A DNA stretch of 64,000 nt from positions 30,938,001 to 31,002,000 of the forward strand of contig OX597819.1 of assembly GCA_951406725.2 (NCBI GenBank), read 5' to 3'. Position 1 is the first letter of the stretch. Every line of letters starts with the position of its first letter. A model generated the notes under the pieces. The model was not told the origin of the DNA. It searched no databases and was given only the letters and a program-made list of their open reading frames with translations. A program made the position numbers and the translations under genes. Below, piece after piece: positions 37,141 through 49,785 of the stretch. This DNA is from Octopus vulgaris (taxonomy: Eukaryota).

Positions 37141-37812
37141 AACTCTACTTATTACAGAGTTCAAGATTTTAACCAAGGTGTTAAGCAAAGAGCTTATTTA
37201 GTTGTTTACATGTTTAATACAATGAACATTATGAGTTCAAATCATACCAAGATCAACTTTACCTTTCGTAACTCTAGGGTTGATAAAATATAATACCAAG
37301 TCAAGAACTGGGTTGGTGTAGTCAACTAACTCCATTCAAATTATTGGTCTTTTGCTAAATTAGAAACATTATTATTATCATCATCATCATTATTATTATT
37401 ATTGTCGTTTCCTACTTACAGAAGTCATCTTGACTCCTCTAAAGTAGCTATTTATTACTTGGTAGACTGGGTCATTGAAAGTTATTTTAACAACACTATT
37501 GATAAGACATAACCTTCAACCCTTTGTTCAGTAGTCCATAGCAGCTATTTAGTTGTTTACATGTTTAATACAATGAACAGCATTGATGATAAGATATAAC
37601 CTCTGACAAGTAAATCAAAACACTAATTTAATTTCAATATATTTAATGCAATGTTCTGAGTTCAAATTCCGCCAAGGCCAACTTTGCCTTTCATCTTTTT
37701 GGGGTCGATAAAATAAGTATCATTTGAGCACTAGGGTCGATGTAATCAACTTCCATCTCCCCTGAAGTTGCTGGCCTTGTGCCAAAATTTGAAACGAAAA
37801 TATTTAACACAC

Positions 37813-38020
37813 TGTTGCATGGCAGCAAGACATGAGCTTTGAAAGCAGAAGATTTAAGAAAACTAGAAAGGAATGAAGTAAATTAGCTCTGCTGGGATGT
37901 ATAATACTAGTGTGCATGGATGATAGGAGTATAAATGAGCTGTGAGAAAAATTGGATATAAGGAATCAGAACCAGTGTGCAAGAGAGAAGGCTGCATTGA
38001 TACAAGTATGTAATGTGTAT
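37813..38020 (+). pseudogene. RTE-clade LINE RT C-terminal fragment
   Basis: LLHGSKT*ALKAEDLRKLERNE...EKLDI...VQERRLH* matches the RTE pattern YGSETW...RRLRWYGHV. Confidence 0.65.
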
Positions 38021-38030
38021 AAAGAAAATA

Positions 38031-38329
38031 GTGGAGGCGCAATGGCCTAGTGGTTAGGGCAGCGGACTCGCGGTCGTAGGATCGCGGTTTCGATTCCTAG
38101 ACCAGGCATTGTGAGTGTTTATTGAGCAAAAACACCTAAAAGCTCCACAAGGCTCCTGCAGGGGGTGGTGATCCCTGCTGTACTCTTTCACCACAACTTT
38201 CTCTCACTCTTTCTTCTGTTGGCCTACTCGCTTAGCCAGCAGGGTGGCGTCATTTGAAGGCTAAAACAATGTGAACGCATTGTGACCAGCGATGTGTAAC
38301 TACATCTGATAGGCTGGTCGGTCACGGTG
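38031..38329 (+). mobile_element. tRNA-derived SINE (family D head, different tail) with 12-bp TSD
   Basis: A box TGGCCTAGTGG, B box GTTTCGATTCC, TSD ATAAAGAAAATA (38019-38030 and 38330-38341). Confidence 0.85.
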
Positions 38330-38389
38330 ATAAAGAAAATAATATTGATTAGTAACCAATACTGATTTGTTTTTTCTAAATATATAAAA

Positions 38390-40420
38390 TGGGCTTCTTT
38401 CAATATCCGTCCTTAAAAATCCACCCACAGGGCTTTGGTGGGTCCAGGACTATAGAAAAAGATGTTTGCCAGAGGTTCTACACAGTGGGACTGAATCCAG
38501 AACTAGATGATTTAGAAGCAAATTTCTGACCAAAACACTCAAAATAATATTGATCATTGACCAATACTGTTTTGTTTTTTCTAAATTTTTTTTTATACTC
38601 CTTTCATTGGATATATTAACTCTAAATTGATTATTGTTTTATTTTCATGATAGTGGTTCTCAGAATAATTTAACCAGTAAACATTTTTTTATATTTCTCT
38701 ACCATGCAGTGTACATTATTATAAATTTGAAGTCTATGGTTTATTGACGAGATCTAATAATACTAAAGCTGGCTCAGAATTATCTCCCATGCTTGTTGAA
38801 AGAGGTAAAACAATGTCAATGCTTGATACTTTTTCTTCACTATTTAGTTCAACACGCAAGCTAGAAATAGCAAGCAAATTTTCCCCGAATCACATCACAT
38901 CATCTTCAGAAAAGGAACAACTGTATTACACAGTCCTTTATACACTGTCAAGAACAATTATGATAATCCTTTATGACGACTAAAAACTGTCTTCCATACT
39001 CTACTACCATGTCAAAGACCAACAAGGAGGCACCCTGGGTCAACATTTTATCCAAGCACCTGAAGGACCCAACACTCAAACAAAAATAGGAGTATGTCCT
39101 CATAAATGAAATATCTCCAGTACTAAATAGGAAATATACGTAGAAGGTAGTCATACCCCAATACCCACAGTTTATATATACACAGGTAGAGTTGTTAGTA
39201 GGCTATTATATAGACACACAAGCACACACACACGTGTGTGTGTATGTGGGTGTGTGTGTGTAGGTAAATAGATATGTAGATAAACAGATAGATAGGTACA
39301 TAGGTAATGAGGAGAGACAAACACACGCACAAATAAATAGTACTAGTTAGTGTCAACACTTAATTAGCAATAATGATATGATGAGGATAATAATTTAATA
39401 AGTAGTACATTGTGTCTGTCTACTAACCTAAAATAAAATATATGTGAATAGTTAGAATTTGGACATGTGGTCAGGTGAACAACTGACCAAAATGCCACGA
39501 GGTCAGTTGTTACTACATTAAGCATAGTTTTGTACGACTAAGGGACATAACTGCTTCTTCTGTTTACTTCACTGAACAAACAGAACCTTCAAGTTGAGTT
39601 GTTAGTGAATGCAAAAGGGCTCTCTCTTGTTGAGTAACTGTTTAAAAGAGCTGATACCCCAAATATGTGCCATGTAGTTACATCTCCATTTTCTGATTTA
39701 CTCTATAGTTATGCGACATTGTATCTAATATCATTGACAGTTTTTCCAGTCAAAATTATTTCCCTTTATTTCTGCAAATTTCAACATGTGATCTTTCCTC
39801 TTTTGTTTTAGTCATTGGACTACAGCCATGCTAGAATACCACCTTGAGGGGTTTAGTCGAACAAATCGACCCATGTGCTTTTTTTTTAAAGCCTGGTACT
39901 CACTATATCGATCCCTTTTGACAACTGCTGAGTTAAACAAAGAGACACTGGTTGTCAAGCGGTGGTGGACACACATACACACATATATATAACGGGCTTC
40001 TTTCAATATCCGTCCTTAAAAATCCACCCACAGGGCTTTGGTGGGTTCAGGACAATAGTAAAAGATGTTTGCCCAAGGTTCTACACAGTGGGACTGAATC
40101 CAGAACTAGATGATTTAGAAGCAAATTTCTAACCAAAACACTCAAAATAATATTGATAATAATAATAATATACCAAGCAGTGTACATTATCATAAATTTG
40201 AAATCTATGGTTTGTTGACGAGATCTAATAATACTAAAGCTGGCTCAGAATTGTCTCCCGTGCTTGTTGAAAGAGGTAAAACAATATCAATGATTAAGAT
40301 TTTTTCTTTACCACTTAAATATCTCTTAATTAACTTTTTAATACTCATTGTATTAAATATACTAATTACAAACTTGACTATGTCTACAATTGCGCAAAAA
40401 CATACATATACACAGAGACT

Positions 40421-40462
<42 letters not shown>

Positions 40463-41430
40463 TATATAAAAGTTCACATACAGACTTACATACGCATACA
40501 GACCGCAGAATGTTGAAGCAACAGAAGCAAAGAAAAATAACCGCGTGCTGGACAAGCTGTCAAAATAATACCAAACTGTCAACGCCCTTCACCAAAACAT
40601 AAGTGGTTTATATAATACAGCAGCAAACTGCGTCGTAGAATCGGCTATCTTAGTGTTTGTTGTGGGTGGTCATGGTGGTGACGACGACGTAGCACAGATC
40701 GGCGGTATTCCAGTCAAAACCATCACATCATTTCTCAATGAGGAGGGAACCTAGTCACATTACTGAGGTTAAAAAGGATAAACCTTTTAAAGACGGCATT
40801 CTGTGGTATGATGGAATTTGGATGCTGTTTCGTAACAGATCTAACTCTTACATTTGGCTGCGCTGTCCCGTATAAGTGTCCAACAGTGCTCGAGGATTCA
40901 AGGTTTAAGGGAGATAACCCCCGTTCACTCACTCCAAACTGACAGGTCTTCACTACATTCACACAAAGTCAACAAGCGAGCGTCTGAAACGGTTGACCAA
41001 CATGCTAGAAATAGCAAGCAAATTTTCCTCGAATCTTCAGAAAAGGAACAACTGTATTACGCAGTCCTTTATACACTGCCAAGAACAGTTATGATAATCT
41101 TTTATGACGACTAAAAGCAGTCCTCCATACTCTACCACCATGAAGGCACCCTGGGTCAACTTGACATCCGCATTTTATCCAAGCACCCGAAGGACCCAAC
41201 ACTCAAATACAGGAGTATGACCTCATAAATGAAACATCTCCAGTACTAAATAGGAAATATACGTAGAAGGTAGTCATACCCCAATACCCACAGTTTATAT
41301 ATACACAGGTAGAGTTGTTAGTAGGCTGTTATACAGACACACAAATACACACAAGTGGGTGGGGTGTAAATGGATATGTAGATAAACAGATAGATAGGTA
41401 GGTACATAGGTAATACGGACAGACAAGCAC
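38390..41430 (+). repeat. Local segmental duplication
   Basis: Blocks at about 38390-38555, 38700-38835 and 38860-39330 recur in the same order at about 39994-40160, 40175-40310 and 41003-41430. Confidence 0.82.
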
Positions 41431-41550
41431 ACACAAGGAGACAGGGGTACACATACAAACACAAACATGAACACACAAACACATGAATATGCAGAATACA
41501 TACATACATACATACATACCTAACACACGCATACACATATATTTATATAT

Positions 41551-41764
41551 CTCTTTTACTTGTTTCAGTCATCTGACTGCAGCCATGCTGGAGCACCGCC
41601 TTTAATCGAGCAACTCGACCCCGGGACTTATTCTTTTATAAGCCCAGTACTTATTCTATCGGTCTCTTTTGCCGAACCGCTAAGTAACGGAGACATAAAC
41701 ACACCAGCATCGGTTGTCAAGCAATGCTAAGGGGACAAACACAGACACACAAACACACACACGC

Positions 41765-41795
<31 letters not shown>

Positions 41796-41960
41796 TACGA
41801 CGGGCTTCTTTCAGTTTCCGTCTACCAAATCCACTCACAAGGCTTTAGTCGGCCCGAGGCTATAGTAGAAGACACTTGCTCATGGTGCCACGCAGTGGGA
41901 CTGAACCCGGGACCATGTGGTTGGTAAACAAGCTACTTACCACACAGCCACTCCTGCGCC
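41551..41960 (-). mobile_element. Full-length family A SINE, CpG-intact
   Basis: Complete head (GGCGCAGGAGTGGCTGTGTGG), B box, internal microsatellite and tail. Confidence 0.88.
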
Positions 41961-42226
41961 TATATATGCATATACATACATGCATACATAGCTGTATACA
42001 CATGCACAATGACGCACACAAACAAACTAAAAGAAAGCAACTCTGATAACGGACAGTTAACAACTATTGAAGAGATTGCAAAACGGCAAAGAAAATTTTA
42101 GAAAAAAATAAATAAGTAAATGAGCGGAAATCGAATCGTTGAGTACGTTAAGTAATAAGGCAATAAAAGAGAATAACTCTCCCCAGACACAATAAAATAA
42201 TAATAATCTTTTATACTGAAGGCGTG

Positions 42227-42645
42227 GGATCTTTTCGGTTTGAACGGCAGTTTTTAACATAATTTCTAGGTAACTAAAAAATTTTAAACTTCGTATACTG
42301 GTAGAATGTGTTTATAAAACATCTTTTCCTCTTGGCTTTGTTGAGAAAATTCTATAGTTTGTAAGATATTTGTTGTTTTTTTTCTTCAATTTCTGTAATT
42401 TCAAACAATCAATGACGTCAATTGACATAAAAAACATTCTGTGCCGTATGAATATGTCCCTCGTTTAAGAAACAGATTGGGTTTATTTACATTGCTGAAG
42501 AAAAAAGATACCCTTCCCCCCACCCCTAACTAACCCTAACCCTAAAATAGATTGAAATGCAATAGATTGATACTAGGGTCATAATTATGGGTGACAATTT
42601 CATACGACACCGCTAGAAAAACTGCCGTTCAAACCGAAAAGATCC
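42227..42645 (+). mobile_element. Merlin-like MITE
   Basis: TIRs; TSD AAGGCGTG/AAGGCCTG (7 of 8 match); internal CCCTAA repeats. Confidence 0.87.
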
Positions 42646-42762
42646 AAGGCCTGGAATTTGGAGGATGGGGTTAGGTGATTACATTCACTCCAGTACTTAT
42701 TTTATTGACCCCGAAAAGATGAAGGGCAAGAGTGAACTAAATTCAAAATTTCATATATATAT

Positions 42763-42799
<37 letters not shown>

Positions 42800-43039
42800 A
42801 ATATATATATATATAAGCATATTAAAAGGGATCCGTGGGAAGACTAGTTGGGAACCAGTGAAGAAGAAGAAGACGAAGAAGAAGAAGTTCTTTAATTAGT
42901 CAGAGGGACATGAAGAAGAGGACATCACATATAACTTGTGTGGAGATTTATATAAGAGATGAGAAGGAAGAAATGGAAAAGACAGCGAAATGCGATAAAA
43001 GTTTACATAATGTACAAACTATGTGATAACATGAACTGT

Positions 43040-43365
43040 GCAGTCCTCCTGATACTCCAGATAGGACCAGCAAAGGAACTCTACAAATCCTGGATTACCC
43101 TGACCACCAAAGGCACGAGCCTTCTTCTCGCATGCTCTCCAATCTACAGGCGCATACTTAGCATAGGGCCATTAACTCTAACCATTTTTGTTACAGTCAC
43201 CCGTCTTTTCATAAATTCACAAGAAGGTGACACTTTCCTCTCCACTCTCATTTTTACTTTCCAAGTGGAACCTTAAAAAATTGATGACAGCTTGACCGAA
43301 GAAAGAAGGTGTCTTTCCTCAATCCTTTCAGCCTTGTCCACCACATGACCTCCTTCGCCATAGGT
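43040..43365 (-). mobile_element. L1/Tx1-type LINE 3' fragment
   Basis: VMWWTRLKGL...-like frame, similar to the fragment at about 51900-52030. Confidence 0.45.
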
Positions 43366-43689
43366 ACTAGACATAGGAACACCGCCTACCCTGACGTGTT
43401 AAAAAAAAAAAAGGACGATAGAGCAATCCTCACGATGGATTCAGCCGATAATAATGGTTTCATAATTTGGCACGTGGCCAGCAAGTTTGAGGTTAATTAC
43501 ATCAACCTCAACTGGTATTTATTTTATCAATCCTGAAAGGATGAAAGGCAAAATCGCGGAATATGAATTCAGAGCGTAAGACAGACAAAATGCCACTAAG
43601 CAAGTTGTCTGGCAGCGATCGATTCTGCCAGCTCGCCGTCCTAATAATAACCCTAACCTTAATAATAATTACTATCGTTATTATTATTA

Positions 43690-44810
43690 TTATTATATTT
43701 TAAAAGGATTGACGTAACTCTTCACAAAAGTAAATAAACAATATGAAGAGCACCATGCGATTACAATAGATATTTTACTGGTTAAACGACATTTCGACAG
43801 CAAGCCTGTCTTTATCGAGTTCAAAATGGAAAGTGATAAAACTTCAAAATTATAGAAATTCAAATCCAAGTATGAACGAGAGCAATCAGTATCCACGCGT
43901 TGATGGAATGACATCATCAGTCTTCAAAGTTCAGTTTTACAACAGGCAAAAAGAAAGGAAAAACAGAAAAAAAAGAAAAAGAAAGGAAAAAGAATATTTA
44001 ATTAAACAGTTTGTGTAAATTTGATGGAATTCTCCTGTCATTTTATTCATTCCTTCAGGGCGTGATGGTAATAACCCGCAAACACATTTCTCCTCATGCA
44101 TTTTAAGTACTGAAAGCGTAGCAGATTCAGAATATTTTCTGAGAAAATGCACCTTCAAGTCTTTTTCAAAATTGCAGCCGTCTGATGTAAAATGTTCGGC
44201 AAGTTCTGCTGAACTACTGTTATTGTGCCTGACATCATATCTGTGTCCATTGAATCTTTTGTTCTGTTGTACAACCAACATAAATCAAGTTGTGTTTTGT
44301 GCGTTCTGTCGCATACACGAAATGGGAATCTCTACATGTCCCACCTTCTTTATAAATCATAACATTTCTGTTACGATTCCTGATGGAATACACTCGACTC
44401 ATGTTGTTGCACAATGAACAGGGTTTACCTCTCTTGCGGCTGTTTTTCAAGGTACAGCGTGCAGATATTCCAATGTTAGTTTTCTTGGAGTCAAAAGTAG
44501 AGGTTAATAATTCTTTTATATTTCTATTCTGTCTAAAGGCTACAATAGGCAGCTGAGGAAATATCTGCTTGAAACGAGGATATTTTCCGCAACATGCTGG
44601 TAACTTTCATGCAACACTTTTGAAATTCCATCGAAATTTCGGTTCCATTAAATCACCAAAGGAATTCTGTCACATATTGTACTGTGTTTGCTAAAATTAT
44701 GCGTGAAGATTTGACTTATGCATAAGTCAAATCTTCACGCTATGTCATTTGCTATTTCCTTTAATCTCGATTCATTGTAACCGCGTTTGACATAATGGTC
44801 TACAATAATC
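43690..44810 (-). pseudogene. Penelope-like element 3' part: RT thumb/linker, GIY-YIG endonuclease and pLTR (Neptune-like)
   Basis: PIVAFRQNRNIKELL linker, CSLC, GGTC...VYA...LIYVGCTT, frameshift, KRFNGHR...LAEHF...HEEK..CGL...PEGMN. Contains stops and frameshifts. Confidence 0.85.
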
Positions 44811-45672
44811 CTGCCAGCTCGCACCCTTCATAATAATAATAATATTTTCTAGTAAAGGCACAAGGCCAGAAATTTGGCGGCAGGAGACTATTCGATTACA
44901 TCTACCCTAGTACTTGACTGGTACTTAATTTATCAACCTCGAGAGGATTAAAGGCAAAGTCGACCTCAGCGGAATTTGAACTCAGAACGTAAAAATGGAC
45001 GAAATACCGCTAAATTTGTTGGGAGGGGACTAGTCAATCACATAGACCCAGTCGATTACATCGACCTAAGTATTCAACTGGTACTTATTTTATCAACCCT
45101 GAAAGGATGAAAGGTAAAGTTGACCGCAGCGGAATTTGAACTTAGAATGCAGCGACAGACGAAATATCGCTAAACATTTCGCTCGCTAAGCATTTCGCCA
45201 CCTTAATAATAATAATAATTCTTTCTATTGGAGGCACAAGGCCTCAAATTTGTTGGGAGGGGACTAGTCAATCACATAGACCCAGTGTTTCACCGATACT
45301 TAATTTATTGACCCTGAAAGAATGAAAGGCAAAGTTGACCCCAGCAGAATCGGAACTCAGAACATAAATGCAGATGAAATACCTATTTCTTTACTACCCA
45401 CAAGGGGCTAAACACAGAGGGGACAAACAAGGACAGACATAGGTATTAAGTCGATTACATCGACCGCAGTGCGTAACTGGTACTTAATTTATCGACCCCG
45501 AAAGGATGAAAGGCAAAGTCAACCTTGGCGGAATTTGAACTCACAACGTAACGACAAGCGAAATACCGTTAAGCATTTCGCCCGGCGTGCTAACGTTTCT
45601 GCCAGCTCTCCGTATTTCATGCAGATGAAATACCACTAAGCATTTTTCTAAGCGTGCTAACGTTTCTGCCAG
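44810..45672 (-). mobile_element. Tandem/nested family B SINE array
   Basis: About four units separated by (AAT)n, one nested copy with TSD. A similar array lies at about 50865-51310 and a single copy at about 55920-56152. Confidence 0.82.
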
Positions 45673-46822
45673 AATAAACCAGGATGCTCACTGCCTTCTC
45701 GATTAAAGCTGACCTGGGACTAAACATCAATCAATCCATTTTTTCCTTGATTCCAGTAAAAAAAAAACAAGAAAAAAACTAAACGAGAAACGTCTGATCC
45801 ACAAGAAGTAGCAGCCAAATCTCCCCTTGTCACTTCTACCTATTAGGAGCATCGGCTTATGTGGCCCTCTGTTCAATGAACACAGGAAATCGATGAGATG
45901 GTCACAGCTGGGATGGCTTTGGTCATAGACTTGCTCGATCAGACCTGATTTGGAACTATAACAGCAACTACAACTTTAATTTTCTTTTGCCTCTAATTGT
46001 TTAAAGCTATCACAACCATGGCTAAACTGGAGCACAGCCAAGTCTTAAATACAATGAAAGTGTACTTTTACTACATTTCTTTCTCTACTTCTTATAGTAA
46101 TTTTCCACACTTCTTATGGAAAAGGAGAAACAAGGAAAGAAAGAAAGAGAAAAGAAAAACACAAAAAGAAAAGGAAAAGAACACATCAATTCAACACCAA
46201 GTGCCTCAATTGGTCGCACACCACAAGGTTCAATAGACTTGTTTAGTCTTGCTCAAACAGACCAATATCTAAATAATTAGAGACGGTCCAGCCGAGACTA
46301 ATTTGTCTTTTCTTTTTTTTTCTTTCTTTTTTTAGATAGTTTATCTATGACAACGTAAGTCAATGGTCATTTTTAAGGCAAGTAGCGATTGATTTAGAGG
46401 AGGTTTGACTGCTATTTGCAGCCAGGTCAAACAAAACATGTAAGTGATCTCTACAGAACATTTTACATTTCTATCCCCCCTCCCTTTCCCACGACCCCAA
46501 CTAACTTCACTCACTTTTCAAATCAACGAGGGAACTTGACCTGTTAGAAATATTCCTTAACTCAGGCCCACGGCCGGTCCAAAACAGAAAAGAAGGAGTC
46601 ATTGGAGTGTAGTCTTAGAAGCCACATCTCCTTCAAATCTCACACACACACCATCTTAGAAAATGACACGTTAGATAATGTGGTCCTGGGATGTCTTTAA
46701 CCATAGGTCTGCTTATTAGGGCTGACCTGGGGCTAAACAACAACCTTACAGTTAGCATTGTTGATATACTAAAATGGTAGACATTCTTGAATTAGTTTTT
46801 TCCCCCCTTTCTTTCGTCGTTG

Positions 46823-48229
46823 GGATCTTTTCGGTTTGGGCGGCAGTTTTTAACATAATTTCTAGGTAACTAAAAAATTTTAAACTTCGTATACTGGTAG
46901 AATGTGTTTATAAAACATCTTGGATCTTTTCTATTCTGAAGCCAGGACCACAGATCTTTCTACTTAACTAAATAATCTGAAACTTCGTATGCTGATAGAG
47001 TCTAGCAAAACAAGACACAGGTTGGAACTAGTTTATTTGAGAAAAATCTATTTTATGACTTTAATCGTAGATTAAAACTGCGAATTTTAACCAATCAGAT
47101 TGTTTGTTTTCATGTGTAAAACTTAAAACTTGACTGCATTCTATTAGTGTGACGTAGAAAGCGCTTTTGTGACGTACTAACGTTCGGAAAACTGTAAACA
47201 AATACAGAACGTAACGGCAGACGAAATACGGCTACGCATTTCGCCCGGCGTGCTAACGTTTCTGCCAGCTCTTTGCTTTTTTAATATTAAATTTCGGCGT
47301 TGTCGTAGCACAAGTTTTCCGTCGATTTCCGTAAAAAACTTTTATTTTTTTACATAAGTAATGAGAGCGAAAGAGACTAAGAGGCTGTTAGTGTGTGTGA
47401 AGAGACAGAGAGAGTAATGTGTGAAAGAGAGAGATAACTGAAATTTTTTACTCGATGTATATGTATGTCTGCATGTATGTGTGTGTGTGTATGTATCTAT
47501 GTATGTATGAATCGGCCATACATACATACACACACACACATACTTACACATACATACACACACACACACACATACATGCAGACATACATATACACATACA
47601 CCGAGTAAAAAATTTCAGTTATCTCTCTCTTTCACACATTACTCTCTCTGTCTCTTCACACACACTAACAGAAGCACTTCACTTACACAACATACTGTCT
47701 CCCACACCCCATCAAACACACCCACACCCCATCAAACACACACACACACACATGTACATCAATGCTTCCCCTAGACGGTAACTTCAAAGACAAACTTCCC
47801 TCGTCATAAAATCGCTTCCTCTTAGTCTCTTTTTGACACATTCTACCAGTATACGAAGTTTCAAATTGTTTGGTTCAGTAGGAAAAATTTGAAAAAACTG
47901 GCTTCAGAATAGAAAAGATCCAACATCTTTTTCTCTTGGCTTTATTGAGTAAATTCTATAGTTTGTAAGATATTTGTTGTTGTTTTTTCTTCAATTTTTG
48001 CAATTTCAACCAATCAATGACATCCATTGAGGTAAAAAAAACATTCTGTGCCGTATGAATATGTCCCTCGTTTAAGAAACAGATTGGGTTTATTTACACT
48101 TGTGAAGAAAAAAAAGATACCCTTCCCCCACCCCTAACCCTGAAACAGATTGAAATGCAATAGATCGATACTAGGGTCATAATTATGGGTGACAATTTCA
48201 TATGACTGCCGTTCAAACCGAAAAGATCC
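46823..48229 (+). mobile_element. Merlin-like MITE interrupted by a related 1-kb element
   Basis: Family sequence runs 46823-46921 and resumes at 47922. Confidence 0.87.
46922..47921. mobile_element. Second Merlin-like non-autonomous element (1000 bp), nested
   Basis: Perfect 24-bp TIRs GGATCTTTTCTATTCTGAAGCCAG; perfect 8-bp TSD AACATCTT (46914-46921 and 47922-47929). Confidence 0.9.
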
Positions 48230-48378
48230 CTGGTGCGGATAGACCAATAAGTTTGGCAGCCATAAGTTTTGCAACATTATGTTGGCAAAATTTCACCGTT
48301 TTCCCCGCTTTTCTTCGAGCTTCCTTCATTTCTCCACTATAACGATGGTATGGTGCAACATTTTCTTCATCAACTATA

Positions 48379-48740
48379 GGCGCAGGAGTGGCTATGTGGT
48401 AAGTAGCTTGCTAACCAACCACATGGTCTTCTGCTATAGCCCCGGGCCGACCAATGCCTTGTGAGTGAATTTGGTAGACGGAAACTGAAAGAAGCCTGTC
48501 GTATATATGTATGTATATATGTGTGTGTGTGTGTGTTTGTGTGTCTGTGTTTGTCCCCCTAGCATTGCTTGACAACTGATGCTGGTGTGTTTACGTCCCC
48601 GTCACTTAGCGGTTTGGCAAAAGAGACCGATAGAATAAGTACTGGGCTTACAAAGAATAAGTCCCGGGGTCGATTTGCACGACTAAAAGGCGGTGCTCCA
48701 GCATGGCCGCAGTCAAATGACTGAAATAAGTAAAAGAGTA
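48379..48740 (+). mobile_element. Family A SINE with internal deletion removing the B box
   Basis: Head jumps from CACATGG to TCTTCTGCTATAGCC; the rest is intact. Confidence 0.83.
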
Positions 48741-49785
48741 AACTAAAAGGCCATTTCTTCGTAAAAATGCAACTACCTTAGTTATAAACGTTTAATTTAA
48801 ACGTTTGCATTGTTATGTGTTTAATTTAGCACCACAAACCTCCAGAAATTTCAGCTAATCACTTTCACTTTTACTAGGTCTAATAACAAGTTGTTGAGAA
48901 TCCCAGATTAGAACTATTATCAGGCTGTTGCTGTTTTTTGACCCAAGATTAACTCTAAACTTATGATCAAAGAACATTCTGTTATGTTTCCAGGATAAGT
49001 ATATCTGAATATGTTATGCAATGTGTCTTTTTTTCTTTTTTTACAACGAAGTATGGTGTAATTTTAATGGAGATTTGGCTGCTATTTCTAGCAGGTCTAT
49101 CGACCACATAGCGAATTCCCTCACGGTGCCTGTCTGAGGCCACATACGCAGGTGTTGTTTAGCACTTGACCCAAACATTAAAATTTAGGAGAGGCTTGCC
49201 ATTTAACAAAGGATCCCGTCTGAAATTTTAGTCACTACTTCCGCTAGTATCACATCTCACTCTTCTTTGGCTAGATTCACCATCCCATCAATTAAGTTCT
49301 AGTGACTAGCCTTATTTTCAGCGATGAAGTCGGTACTTGAACCACATTTCCACTACAATTTAATTGAAACAGAGGAAGGAGAGAACTGACAAAATAAGAT
49401 CAAATACATCTTCATACTATAACTGCAACTATTAAATATCTTATATTGTAAACATTAAAGAAAGAAATAGACAGATAGAGAGCGACTGGCTGATCTTTTC
49501 TTAATCGCACCACACGCACTAAACCGTACGCAATATACGAGAAAAGCAGTTCTGTTACCACACTTCTTTACGTTGCAAATACAGGACACAGACAAATATT
49601 TCTTTATCTTTAACCACTCCTCCTCTTCTATATATATATAAACTTATTATACAGAAGCAATATAGAAAATTCTGAATTGTGTACTGATGTGTCAAAACAA
49701 ACGTATGTGAGCGTATTGCTTTGAGTGCAACTAGTAACATGCAAACCAGTACTACCTATTACATTATCGCGTCGACAAAAACAAG

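Larger units (their letters stand above)
35060..37195 (+). pseudogene. Decayed L1/Tx1-type LINE ORF2 (APE endonuclease and start of RT), interrupted by CR1 and SINE insertions
   Basis: Broken frames give LVGDWTAIL (APE GDFN-like, about 35430), KFPGLNGL..MPDMCG..NWQQNERIP..LRKD..IGNFWFLTLL (about 36630-36838), and, after the SINE, TEFKILTKVL. Confidence 0.62.
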
